Assembly: GCA_964344655.1 (NCBI GenBank)
Contig: CAYFOF010000003.1
Location: forward strand, 428-64,427
Direction: 5' to 3'
DNA from: Candidatus Woesearchaeota archaeon
Lineage (GTDB): Archaea; Nanobdellota; Nanobdellia; SCGC-AAA011-G17; PNOQ01
Length of the DNA: 64,000 nucleotides
This document shows, in pieces, positions 52,109-59,896 of the stretch. The notes below the pieces were generated by a model. The model saw only the letters and a program-made list of their open reading frames with translations. It was not told where the DNA came from and did not search any database. Within the stretch, counting starts at the first letter, position 1, and each line of letters begins with the position of its first letter. The position numbers and the translations under genes are program-made.

Positions 52109-52600
52109 ATGAAAGAGATTGAGGTAAAAATTTTAGAGATTGATGTTGACTCTGTTATTGAAAAATTAAAATCTCTTGGGGCAGAAAAAGAAAAAGAAGT
52201 TGATATTTTAGCTTTTCATTATGATGTTGATGGTGTTTCTTTGAGGCTTAGAAAGGTTGGAGATAAAGTAGAATTTACTTCTAAGAAAGATATAGAATCT
52301 GAAAATGCAAAAATTCGTGAGGAATTAGAAGTTGAAGTTGATGATTTTGAAAAAATGTCTGAAATTTTAGAGAGTATTGGATTTATCGAAAAAATTGAAT
52401 TGCGTAAAAAAAGAATTTCTTATGTTTTGGAAGATGTTCGTTTTGAAATAGATACTTATGAAGGAATTCCTACTTTTTTAGAAATTGAAGTACCAAATGA
52501 GGAGAAATTGTTTGAAATGGTTTCTAAGTTAGGATTCTCTGTTTCTGATACTAAACCTTGGAGTTGGAAGAAGGTTTTGAAGCATTACGGAAAGCTTTAA
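52109..52600 (+). CDS. CYTH-domain protein (class IV adenylyl cyclase / triphosphate tunnel metalloenzyme family)
   Basis: N-terminal EIEVKILEID (ExExK) and later acidic strands EVEVDD, EIEV. 163 aa. Confidence 0.65.
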   Translation: MKEIEVKILEIDVDSVIEKLKSLGAEKEKEVDILAFHYDVDGVSLRLRKVGDKVEFTSKKDIESENAKIREELEVEVDDFEKMSEILESIGFIEKIELRKKRISYVLEDVRFEIDTYEGIPTFLEIEVPNEEKLFEMVSKLGFSVSDTKPWSWKKVLKHYGKL

Positions 52601-52625
52601 AAGCCTTATTTTTAGCTCAATTTTA

Positions 52626-53561
52626 ATGGAATTTGTTAAAGATTTTAGATGGAAAGAAGGAATGGATGTGAATGATTTAGTTAGTTCTCTAGGTAAAGTT
52701 GGATTCCAGAGTGTTGAATTGAAAAAAGCACAAGAAAATATAATCAAGATGAAAAAAGATGGCGCTAAAATTTATTTAACTTTTACTTCAAATATGGTTA
52801 CCTCTGGTTTGAGAGGATTTTTTGCTCAATTAATTAAGTTAGGAATCCCAGATGTTATTGTTACAACAGTTGGTGGAATTGAAGAAGATATTATGAAAGC
52901 ACATGGAGAAGAATTTGTTATTGGAGATTTTCAAGCGGATGATGTTGAATTGTATGAGAAAGGAGTGAATAGAGTTGGAAATTTATTTATTAGAAACGAG
53001 AGTTATTCTAAATTTGAAGATTTGGTTAGCCCAATGATAAAAAGAATTTATGCTAAGAAAAAAAGAGTCACTCCTTCTGAAATTTTTAAGGAAATTGGGT
53101 TGGGATTAGAAGATGAAGATTCTATTTTGTATCAAGCGGCGAAGAAGGGAATTCCTGTTTTTTGTCCAGCAATAACGGATGGGGCTTTTGGATTTCATTT
53201 GTTTATGTTTCAACAAAACAATAAAGATTTCATTGTAGATGTTGTTGAAGATTTTCAAAATATATTATTTAGTACTTCACAAGATGAAAAGAAAGGTTTG
53301 ATTAGTTTGGGCGGGAGCATTTCTAAACATCATGCAATCTTAGCTTGTTTGCTAAATGGCGGGTTAGACTATGCTGTGTATATGACAACTGCGAGACATA
53401 CTTCGGGATCAATGTCTGGTGCTACAACAAATGAGGCAAAATCTTGGGGAAAAGTAAAAGATGATAGTGATGCTGTTACAGTTATTGGAGATGTTTCAAT
53501 TAATTTTCCATTAGTTATGATTTCTGTATTGGAAGAATTAAAGAAAGATGAACTTATCTGA
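52626..53561 (+). CDS. dys: Deoxyhypusine synthase
   Basis: Length (311 aa) and Rossmann-like NAD pocket of archaeal DHS with GGSISKHH at the catalytic Lys region. Confidence 0.75.
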   Translation: MEFVKDFRWKEGMDVNDLVSSLGKVGFQSVELKKAQENIIKMKKDGAKIYLTFTSNMVTSGLRGFFAQLIKLGIPDVIVTTVGGIEEDIMKAHGEEFVIGDFQADDVELYEKGVNRVGNLFIRNESYSKFEDLVSPMIKRIYAKKKRVTPSEIFKEIGLGLEDEDSILYQAAKKGIPVFCPAITDGAFGFHLFMFQQNNKDFIVDVVEDFQNILFSTSQDEKKGLISLGGSISKHHAILACLLNGGLDYAVYMTTARHTSGSMSGATTNEAKSWGKVKDDSDAVTVIGDVSINFPLVMISVLEELKKDELI

Positions 53562-53775
53562 AGCGATTGTTAATAAAGAATATATTATTTCTAATCTTGA
53601 AATGGATGGAGAGAGTAAATCTAAATTTTATGAAAGAGGAATTATTCCGGGTTTAGAAATAGTTCCTTATAGATATTTTCAAGGATCTTGTATGATAAGA
53701 TCTATTCGGGGTAGATTTGCAATTAGTAAAGATTACTTAGAAATGATAATTGTAGAAGAATTACATTCCCAATAA
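53548..53775 (+). CDS. FeoA-domain (SH3-like) small protein
   Basis: FeoA-like pattern ...NLEMDGESKSKFYERGIIPGLEIVPYR...IRGRFAISKDYLEMIIV. 75 aa. Overlaps the 3' end of the DHS gene. Confidence 0.45.
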   Translation: MNLSEAIVNKEYIISNLEMDGESKSKFYERGIIPGLEIVPYRYFQGSCMIRSIRGRFAISKDYLEMIIVEELHSQ

Positions 53776-53958
53776 TTTATAGACTAACATTGCAGGCCAT
53801 ACTAAAGCTTTTAGAACTCCTAAAACGCCGTTCCAGAATCCTGTTGCGGTTGAAATGTAATAAACAACTGCACCGACAAATCCTAGACCATATATGCAAG
53901 ATGGGGCATTCCCCATTTTTGGTCCACAATCGCATGATTTTTTCTTTGATTTTTTCAT
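53761..53958 (-). CDS. Small membrane protein with N-terminal CxC...C motif
   Basis: 65 aa; KKSCDCGPKMGNAPSC followed by two hydrophobic helices. Confidence 0.35.
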   Translation of the reverse strand: MKKSKKKSCDCGPKMGNAPSCIYGLGFVGAVVYYISTATGFWNGVLGVLKALVWPAMLVYKLLGM

Positions 53959-54015
53959 GGTTTAAATTTATCTTATTTGTTTATATATGTTTCTAAGAAG
54001 ATTTATATATTTTAG

Positions 54016-54294
54016 TTGCTTTTTCTTTTTATGGAGAAGTTAAATCTTGAAGGAAAGATTGATTTGGGAACTGCTATGATTCTTTGGAGGGCAGTTAATG
54101 TTCCTCAAAATATTTTTGATTTAATTGAAAAGCATTATACTATGAAAAGTGTTTCTTATGTTGCTTATATTCCTGATCATATTTGTCAAGTTGATGGATT
54201 GCCCAGATTTATGATGAGTGGAACCCCTTTTGCATTGAATTATACAGAACAATTGCCTTGTAAAGAAGGCACTTTGGTTATAGGATATCATTAA
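54016..54294 (+). CDS. Hypothetical protein (92 aa)
   Basis: ORF only. Confidence 0.3.
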   Translation: MLFLFMEKLNLEGKIDLGTAMILWRAVNVPQNIFDLIEKHYTMKSVSYVAYIPDHICQVDGLPRFMMSGTPFALNYTEQLPCKEGTLVIGYH

Positions 54295-54364
54295 AAGCAA
54301 GGCTTTATAAAGTGTAAATTTTTCATTATTGTAGATGATCTTAGAATCATCAGGAGAAAAATAA

Positions 54365-54625
54365 ATGAAAGGAACAGTAAAGTTTTTTAACGATGACAAA
54401 GGTTTTGGATTTATTTCCGGAGAAGATGGAAATGAATACTTTGTTCATGTTTCTGGTCTTGCAGAAGGTGTAAGATTACAAGAAAATGATCCTGTTACAT
54501 TTGATGTAGAGGAAGGCGACAGAGGACCAAAAGCAGTTAATGTTAAAACGGGTGGTTCTGAAGAAGCTAGTACAGAAGAAGAAGCTAGTTCTGAAGAAGT
54601 TGCTGAAGATTCAGAAGAATTCTAA
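54365..54625 (+). CDS. csp: Cold-shock-domain protein (CspA family) with acidic C-terminal tail
   Basis: MKGTVKFFNDDKGFGFISGEDGNEYFVHVSGL contains RNP1 (KGFGFI) and RNP2 (VFVHF-like). 86 aa. GGAG-like RBS upstream. Confidence 0.85.
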   Translation: MKGTVKFFNDDKGFGFISGEDGNEYFVHVSGLAEGVRLQENDPVTFDVEEGDRGPKAVNVKTGGSEEASTEEEASSEEVAEDSEEF

Positions 54626-54670
54626 TTATTTTGAATTTTTGAGTTTGAGTAAATTAAATTTTTTCTTTTT

Positions 54671-55384
54671 TTATTTTATAAATTTTGGATATTTCCATGC
54701 ATACCATTTTTTTACTTTGAATTTATCTCTAAATTTGGGGCTTACTATTGCGATGAAAATTGCTATTGACAATAAACACCAAATTGCAGGAATTTCATTT
54801 GGACTATCTGCGATTAATCTTACTAAGACTGGGCCGACCATTATATGGTATAGGTTTAATTTCCATGATCCGTAGATTAGAGGTAATACAAATAATCCGA
54901 AAGCATAGGCATAAGTGAAAACAAAACCAACATTTTTTAGAGGGATTTGCCAAGCAAGATGCCAGTTGCCTGCGGTAGAGCAAAGGTTTGTTCCGCACAA
55001 CCAATCTGTGCCTACCTTGCAAGCTTCTGCCCATAAAAATGGATAAACTCTAATTAAAATTAAAATTGCCACAGCGAAAGATATTGCGTAAACAAAACCA
55101 GATATTTTGTCTTTAACTTTCTTAGGGATAAAATATAACAAAAGCATATTCATAAAAAATGGTTGGAATGCAATGTGTAAATATCCAAGATAAGTTAATA
55201 TTTGATTTGCTGGCTTATCGCACTGGTTTAAATATAGATATGTGAAAACTTGTAAAAGTTCCATTAAAGTAAAATATAGTAAAGGAACCCATAGGAGAGA
55301 ACTGTTTCTTTTTTTAATTAGATAGCCTGTTGCAATTAATCCTGCTACTGTGAATATTATTGACGCTGTAAAACTCCAACACAT
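54671..55384 (-). CDS. Polytopic membrane protein, hypothetical
   Basis: Six to seven TM helices; 237 aa. Confidence 0.5.
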   Translation of the reverse strand: MCWSFTASIIFTVAGLIATGYLIKKRNSSLLWVPLLYFTLMELLQVFTYLYLNQCDKPANQILTYLGYLHIAFQPFFMNMLLLYFIPKKVKDKISGFVYAISFAVAILILIRVYPFLWAEACKVGTDWLCGTNLCSTAGNWHLAWQIPLKNVGFVFTYAYAFGLFVLPLIYGSWKLNLYHIMVGPVLVRLIADSPNEIPAIWCLLSIAIFIAIVSPKFRDKFKVKKWYAWKYPKFIK

Positions 55385-55472
55385 AAATAGAAATATTTGT
55401 TATGAGTATTAAAAGGTTGTTGTTTTTTTACTAATAAAAAGCTTTAAAAGGTATATTTCTCGCTCAATTTTA

Positions 55473-56480
55473 ATGAAAGCTAAATTTATTTTAAGCAGAG
55501 AAAAAGTATTTGAACAGTTGGAAATAGTTCAAAATATTTCTGATGAAGTTTCTTATAGTGTTAAAACTAATATTGAAGTTGCCAAGGTTTTAGAAGGGAA
55601 TTGTTGGTTTAGCGTTCACTCTTTACAAAATTTAATGTTATTAGAAGACAAATCAAAAGTTTGGTTTTTTGGGCAGGGTTGGAATAATGAATTAGTAAAA
55701 AAATTATTAGATTTGGGCGTTTCTAGTTTTGTTGTTGATAATGAAAATGATTTGAAAGTTTTAATGGATAATGCCAATAAGAAAATTAATTTATTACTTC
55801 GTATGAGATTAAAAGAACATACAATACACACAGGAAAACATTTTGTCTTTGGTTTTAGTTCTGAGAGGATCAATCAACTTATTCCTGAATTAAAAGATAA
55901 AGTGAATAAGTTAGGAATACATTTTCATAGAAAAACTCAAAATGTTTCTGAATGGTCATTAAAAGAAGAGTTATTGGATAGTATTTCTTCTGAGAATCTT
56001 TCTAAATTAGATTATGTTAATATTGGAGGAGGAATTCCTGCACAGTACAAAAACTTTAGAAAAGAAGTAATTGATTATATTTTTAAGAAAATTAAAGAGT
56101 TGAAAGAATTTTTGAATTCTCAAAATATAAAGATGATTATTGAGCCAGGAAGATTTATTGCGGCTCCTTCTGTTAATTTAGAGTGTTCTGTTGTTAATGT
56201 TTATGGAAATAATGTTATTGTAAATGCTTCAGTGTATAATTCTGCTATGGATACTTTTGTTGCAAATATTAGATTGTTAGTTGAAGATGAAGTTGAGAAT
56301 TCTGAATATTGTTATGTTATTAAGGGATTTACTCCAGATTCTTTAGATATTTTTAGATATAAAGTTTGTTTTGATAAAGAATTAAAAGTTGGAGATAAAA
56401 TTGTTTTTTTGAATGCTGGAGCTTATAATTATTCTAGCAATTATTTCAATTTAGAAAAAGTTGAAACTGAAGTTTTATAA
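55473..56480 (+). CDS. PLP-dependent decarboxylase of the Orn/Lys/Arg/DAP (alanine-racemase fold) family
   Basis: PLP-Lys motif YSVKTN, Gly-rich NIGGGIP, and a C-terminal beta-domain. 335 aa (short). Confidence 0.7.
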   Translation: MKAKFILSREKVFEQLEIVQNISDEVSYSVKTNIEVAKVLEGNCWFSVHSLQNLMLLEDKSKVWFFGQGWNNELVKKLLDLGVSSFVVDNENDLKVLMDNANKKINLLLRMRLKEHTIHTGKHFVFGFSSERINQLIPELKDKVNKLGIHFHRKTQNVSEWSLKEELLDSISSENLSKLDYVNIGGGIPAQYKNFRKEVIDYIFKKIKELKEFLNSQNIKMIIEPGRFIAAPSVNLECSVVNVYGNNVIVNASVYNSAMDTFVANIRLLVEDEVENSEYCYVIKGFTPDSLDIFRYKVCFDKELKVGDKIVFLNAGAYNYSSNYFNLEKVETEVL

Positions 56481-56502
56481 ATAACTAGCATGAGGTAAAA
56501 AT

Positions 56503-56856
56503 ATGAAAAAATCTAAAATTTTGGGAATAAGTAAACAAGAGAATAGAGTTAGTGTTGTTTTAAAAAAAGAACAAAAATTTGTAAAACTATTTAGGGACTT
56601 TATGGGAGATTTGAAGTTTGATAGAATATATTCTTTAATGGATGAAACAGACTATCGAGAAGGTGGGAAATCTATAAAATACGATATTATGAATGAAAAA
56701 GATGTTCATCACTGGGAAAGAAATGAAGAATTTGATGTCGATTTAGTAATTGGAGATAAAAAAATATTTTTAACAGTATATTCTAGGAAAAAAGATTTGC
56801 AAAAAGGAATTTCAGAAAAAATATTTAAGTTCTGTGAATTTGAAGAAAGTTTATAA
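56503..56856 (+). CDS. Hypothetical protein (117 aa)
   Basis: ORF with an SD-like sequence upstream; no motif. Confidence 0.4.
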   Translation: MKKSKILGISKQENRVSVVLKKEQKFVKLFRDFMGDLKFDRIYSLMDETDYREGGKSIKYDIMNEKDVHHWERNEEFDVDLVIGDKKIFLTVYSRKKDLQKGISEKIFKFCEFEESL

Positions 56857-56879
56857 ATAACCAATATTATTTTATTTTA

Positions 56880-58289
56880 ATGGATTATAAGAAGTTAGGT
56901 TTTAAGTGTGGGATTGAAATTCATCAACAATTAGAGACCCATAAATTATTTTGTAATTGTCCTTCAGAGTTAAGGGATGATCCTCACAATATTTCTGTGA
57001 AAAGAAAATTAAGACCAGTTCCTGGAGAAGAAGGAGAAATAGATATTGCTGCAAAACATGAAACTGAAAAAGATTTGGAATTTACTTATGAAGGTTATTC
57101 TGATTCAATTTGTTCTGTGGAATTGGATGAAGAACCACCACACGATTTAAATCAAGATGCATTAAAAATTGTTTTAGAGATTTGTAAGTTGTTGAATTGT
57201 AAGGTTGTAGATGAAGTGCAAGTTATGAGAAAAACTGTTGTGGATGGTTCAAATACATCGGGGTTTCAAAGAACAATGTTGATTGGTTTTGATGGATATT
57301 TAGAAACATCTTACGGAAAAGTTGGAATTGATAGTGTTTGTTTAGAAGAAGATTCTGCAAGAAGAGTTGGAAGGGTTTTACAAGACAAAAAGGAGAAATC
57401 AAAAGTTTATAGATTAGATAGATTGGGAATTCCATTAGTTGAAATTGCGACTAATCCAGATATAAAAAATCCTGAACAGTGTAAAGAAACTGCAGAAAAG
57501 TTAGGAATGATTTTGAGAAGTACTGGAAAAGTAAAAAGGGGAATCGGGGTTATAAGGCAAGATGTTAATGTTTCTATAAAAAAAGGAGCAAGAGTTGAGA
57601 TAAAAGGTTTTCAGGATTTAAGAAATATTCCGAAAGTCGTTGATGGTGAAATAAAAAGACAACAAAAAGGTAAAGTAAAAGAAGAAGTCAGAAATGCAAA
57701 TGCGGATGGGAGTACAACTTTTATGAGGCCAATGCCTGGAGCAGCAAGAATGTATCCAGAAACGGATGTTAAGCCAGTTGTTATTAGTAAAAAATTATTA
57801 AACAGTGTAAAGGTTTCAGAATTGATTGATGATAAAGTTTTGAAATATGAAAAGATGGGTTTAAATTCTGAATTATCTAAAAACTTAGTTAGTTCTGGAA
57901 TAAATTTAGAAGATTATCAATATGATTTGGATTTAAAATTAATTGCTAATGTTTTAGTGGAAATTCCTAAAGATGTAAAATCTAGGTATAATTTAGATTA
58001 TGAATTTAAAGAAGAAGATTTTAGGTTTGTTTTGGAAGCAATTGAATTGAATAAGATTTCTAAAGATTCTGTTACTGAAATTCTTATCGATATTGCAAAA
58101 GGTAAAAAAGTTAACTTGAAAAAATACTCTCCAATGGATTCTTTGAAGTTAGAAGAAGAAATTAAAAAAATAGTTACTAAAAATAAAGATTTAACTATTG
58201 GTGCTTTGATGGGAGAGGTTATGAAAAAATTCTCTGGGAAAGTTGATGGAAAGCTGGCTGCTAAGTTAGTTGCTAAATATAAAAAATAA
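56880..58289 (+). CDS. gatE: Glu-tRNA(Gln) amidotransferase subunit of the GatB/GatE family; the N-terminus is GatE-like but the length is GatB-like
   Basis: GFKCGIEIHQQLETHKLFCNC is the GatE-type N-terminal signature. C-terminal GatB/YqeY-like domain (ALMGEVMKKFSGKVDG). Only 469 aa versus the roughly 620 aa usual for GatE. Confidence 0.75.
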   Translation: MDYKKLGFKCGIEIHQQLETHKLFCNCPSELRDDPHNISVKRKLRPVPGEEGEIDIAAKHETEKDLEFTYEGYSDSICSVELDEEPPHDLNQDALKIVLEICKLLNCKVVDEVQVMRKTVVDGSNTSGFQRTMLIGFDGYLETSYGKVGIDSVCLEEDSARRVGRVLQDKKEKSKVYRLDRLGIPLVEIATNPDIKNPEQCKETAEKLGMILRSTGKVKRGIGVIRQDVNVSIKKGARVEIKGFQDLRNIPKVVDGEIKRQQKGKVKEEVRNANADGSTTFMRPMPGAARMYPETDVKPVVISKKLLNSVKVSELIDDKVLKYEKMGLNSELSKNLVSSGINLEDYQYDLDLKLIANVLVEIPKDVKSRYNLDYEFKEEDFRFVLEAIELNKISKDSVTEILIDIAKGKKVNLKKYSPMDSLKLEEEIKKIVTKNKDLTIGALMGEVMKKFSGKVDGKLAAKLVAKYKK

Positions 58290-58553
58290 TTATTTTATTT
58301 TGTAGTCTTCTCCTTTTTTTGCTAATATTTCCCATATGTCTTCTATTAATTCTATTCCTTTTTTGTGCATATAAACACATGTTTTTAATTCTTCAATTTC
58401 CATGGCCATACAATTATCTCTTATTTCTGTCCAATATTGACTTAAAACAAAATTAGCTAGACTTAAATTATGACTTTTTATTGCATGAATCATAGTATGA
58501 GAATAGTTTTCTAAAAATTTATCTACTAGACTCATTTTCTCCCATGAATTCAT
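58290..58553 (-). CDS. Hypothetical small protein (start uncertain)
   Basis: The track ORF 58290..58691 overlaps the 3' end of the nuclease gene in another frame. Trimmed to an internal Met. Low confidence. Confidence 0.3.
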   Translation of the reverse strand: MNSWEKMSLVDKFLENYSHTMIHAIKSHNLSLANFVLSQYWTEIRDNCMAMEIEELKTCVYMHKKGIELIEDIWEILAKKGEDYKIK

Positions 58554-59355
58554 CCATTGTTTTTTGTCCAAAACAAATGTCATAAAAATCACAGTAATTG
58601 CATAGTGGCCCGGTTTTTTTTGAGTAGTCTGAAATGTCTTCTGAAATCGTTTGTTCTTGAATAAACTTACATTCAAGTTTTGCAAAATCAACTAGTTCTT
58701 GATCTACATCTAAATGATGGTGTTTGTGTCTTAGAAAATCTATTCCTACTTTGTGTGGTTTTTTTCCGTATTTTTCTTCATATAATAATGCGTAGATTGC
58801 TAATTGTAATTTATACTCTGGGGTCATTTTTTCTCTTTTGGATGTTTTGTAATCCATTAGAGAGATTTCTCCATCGATTTTATGTATTGCATCTATGAAT
58901 CCACGCACTTGATGCTCTTCAGATAGAAAATAAATTTCTGTTTGAGGTTTTACATGGTTGAATCCTTGTACTAAACCTTCTTTCTCTACTTTTGGTTTTA
59001 AGATTTGCATAAAATTATCAAACCAATTATTTATCATAGAAAGTGATTCTCTGAAATAAAATTCTAATTGTTCTGGAGTTAACTCTATTTTTTCTAATTC
59101 TTTCTTTTCTTCAGTCCATTTTTGTTTGAATAAACTTTGAAGTAATGTTTTTAATTCAAATTCATAATGGTCTTCTGTTAGGTTATTTACATCTATTTTG
59201 AATAAATCTTCTAGGGCTGCGTGAACTATTTTTCCACGTTGTAAATGAATAGAAGGGACTTTTTGAGCTATCTTTAATATGTATTGATAGTAATACTTTC
59301 TAGGACATTGTTTGAATGTATTTATTGAGCTTGGACTTTGAATTCTGGGAGCCAT
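58519..59355 (-). CDS. Cas4-like / RecB-family PD-(D/E)xK nuclease with Fe-S cysteine signature (DUF83-type), stand-alone
   Basis: N-terminal FKQCPRKYYYQYI (Cys 1), catalytic core IDAIHKIDGEISLMDYKTSK (D...D/ExK), and C-terminal CNYCDFYDIC (Cys 2-4). 278 aa. Confidence 0.7.
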   Translation of the reverse strand: MAPRIQSPSSINTFKQCPRKYYYQYILKIAQKVPSIHLQRGKIVHAALEDLFKIDVNNLTEDHYEFELKTLLQSLFKQKWTEEKKELEKIELTPEQLEFYFRESLSMINNWFDNFMQILKPKVEKEGLVQGFNHVKPQTEIYFLSEEHQVRGFIDAIHKIDGEISLMDYKTSKREKMTPEYKLQLAIYALLYEEKYGKKPHKVGIDFLRHKHHHLDVDQELVDFAKLECKFIQEQTISEDISDYSKKTGPLCNYCDFYDICFGQKTMDEFMGENESSR

Positions 59356-59466
59356 GTATACTTGAAATTGGCTCTTGTTTTAAAGATTATCTATATTTAT
59401 TATATATTTTCAAGGAAAAAGTTTTTAAATAGGAAAAACAAAATTTATGATGGAGGTTGATATTTA

Positions 59467-59646
59467 ATGGCTAAGAAAAAAAAGTTAGGTTCTAAGACGA
59501 GGTCAGGTTTGATTTTTGCGGGTATTGTTTCTTTGATACTTGGTTGGGCTTTGTGGAATCATTTGTTGAATTTAGAACAACTTGTTGCTTTGTTATTATT
59601 CATCGCAGGATTTTCAAAAATATTCTGGGGAATTTTTTCAAAATAA
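59467..59646 (+). CDS. Small (59 aa) two-TM membrane protein, paralog 1
   Basis: MAKKKKLGSKTRSGLIFAGIVSLILGWALW...; hand-translated. Confidence 0.4.
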   Translation: MAKKKKLGSKTRSGLIFAGIVSLILGWALWNHLLNLEQLVALLLFIAGFSKIFWGIFSK

Positions 59647-59660
59647 AAAGGAGGTAAAAA

Positions 59661-59876
59661 ATGGCTGCTAAAAAGAAGAAAGTTATGAAAAAGGAAGAGA
59701 AATCAGTGCATCATTGTGGTCCAAGTAAAAATGCTTTAGTGTTTAAAGGAATAATTTCTATATTGTTAGGTTTAATACTATGGTTTGGATATTTGAGTTT
59801 TGCACAAGTGTTTGCGATAGTATTGATTTTAGTTGGTATAAAGAAATTATATTATAGTTCACACGCTTGTTGTTAA
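59661..59876 (+). CDS. Small (71 aa) two-TM membrane protein, paralog 2 of the preceding gene
   Basis: MAAKKKKVMKKEEKSVHHCGPSKNALVFKGIISILLGLILWFGY... shares the MA-KKKK...G-I-S-LLG-LW architecture. Perfect GGAGGT SD 7 nt upstream. Confidence 0.45.
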   Translation: MAAKKKKVMKKEEKSVHHCGPSKNALVFKGIISILLGLILWFGYLSFAQVFAIVLILVGIKKLYYSSHACC

Positions 59877-59896
59877 TTCTTTTTTATTTTTTTATT

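Noticed and set aside
58554-58691. 5' part of the track ORF 58290..58691 overlapping the Cas4-like gene 3' end
   Set aside because: The overlap region is better explained by the Cas4-like frame, which carries the conserved C-terminal Cys triad. The other frame there is K/Q/F-rich with no features.
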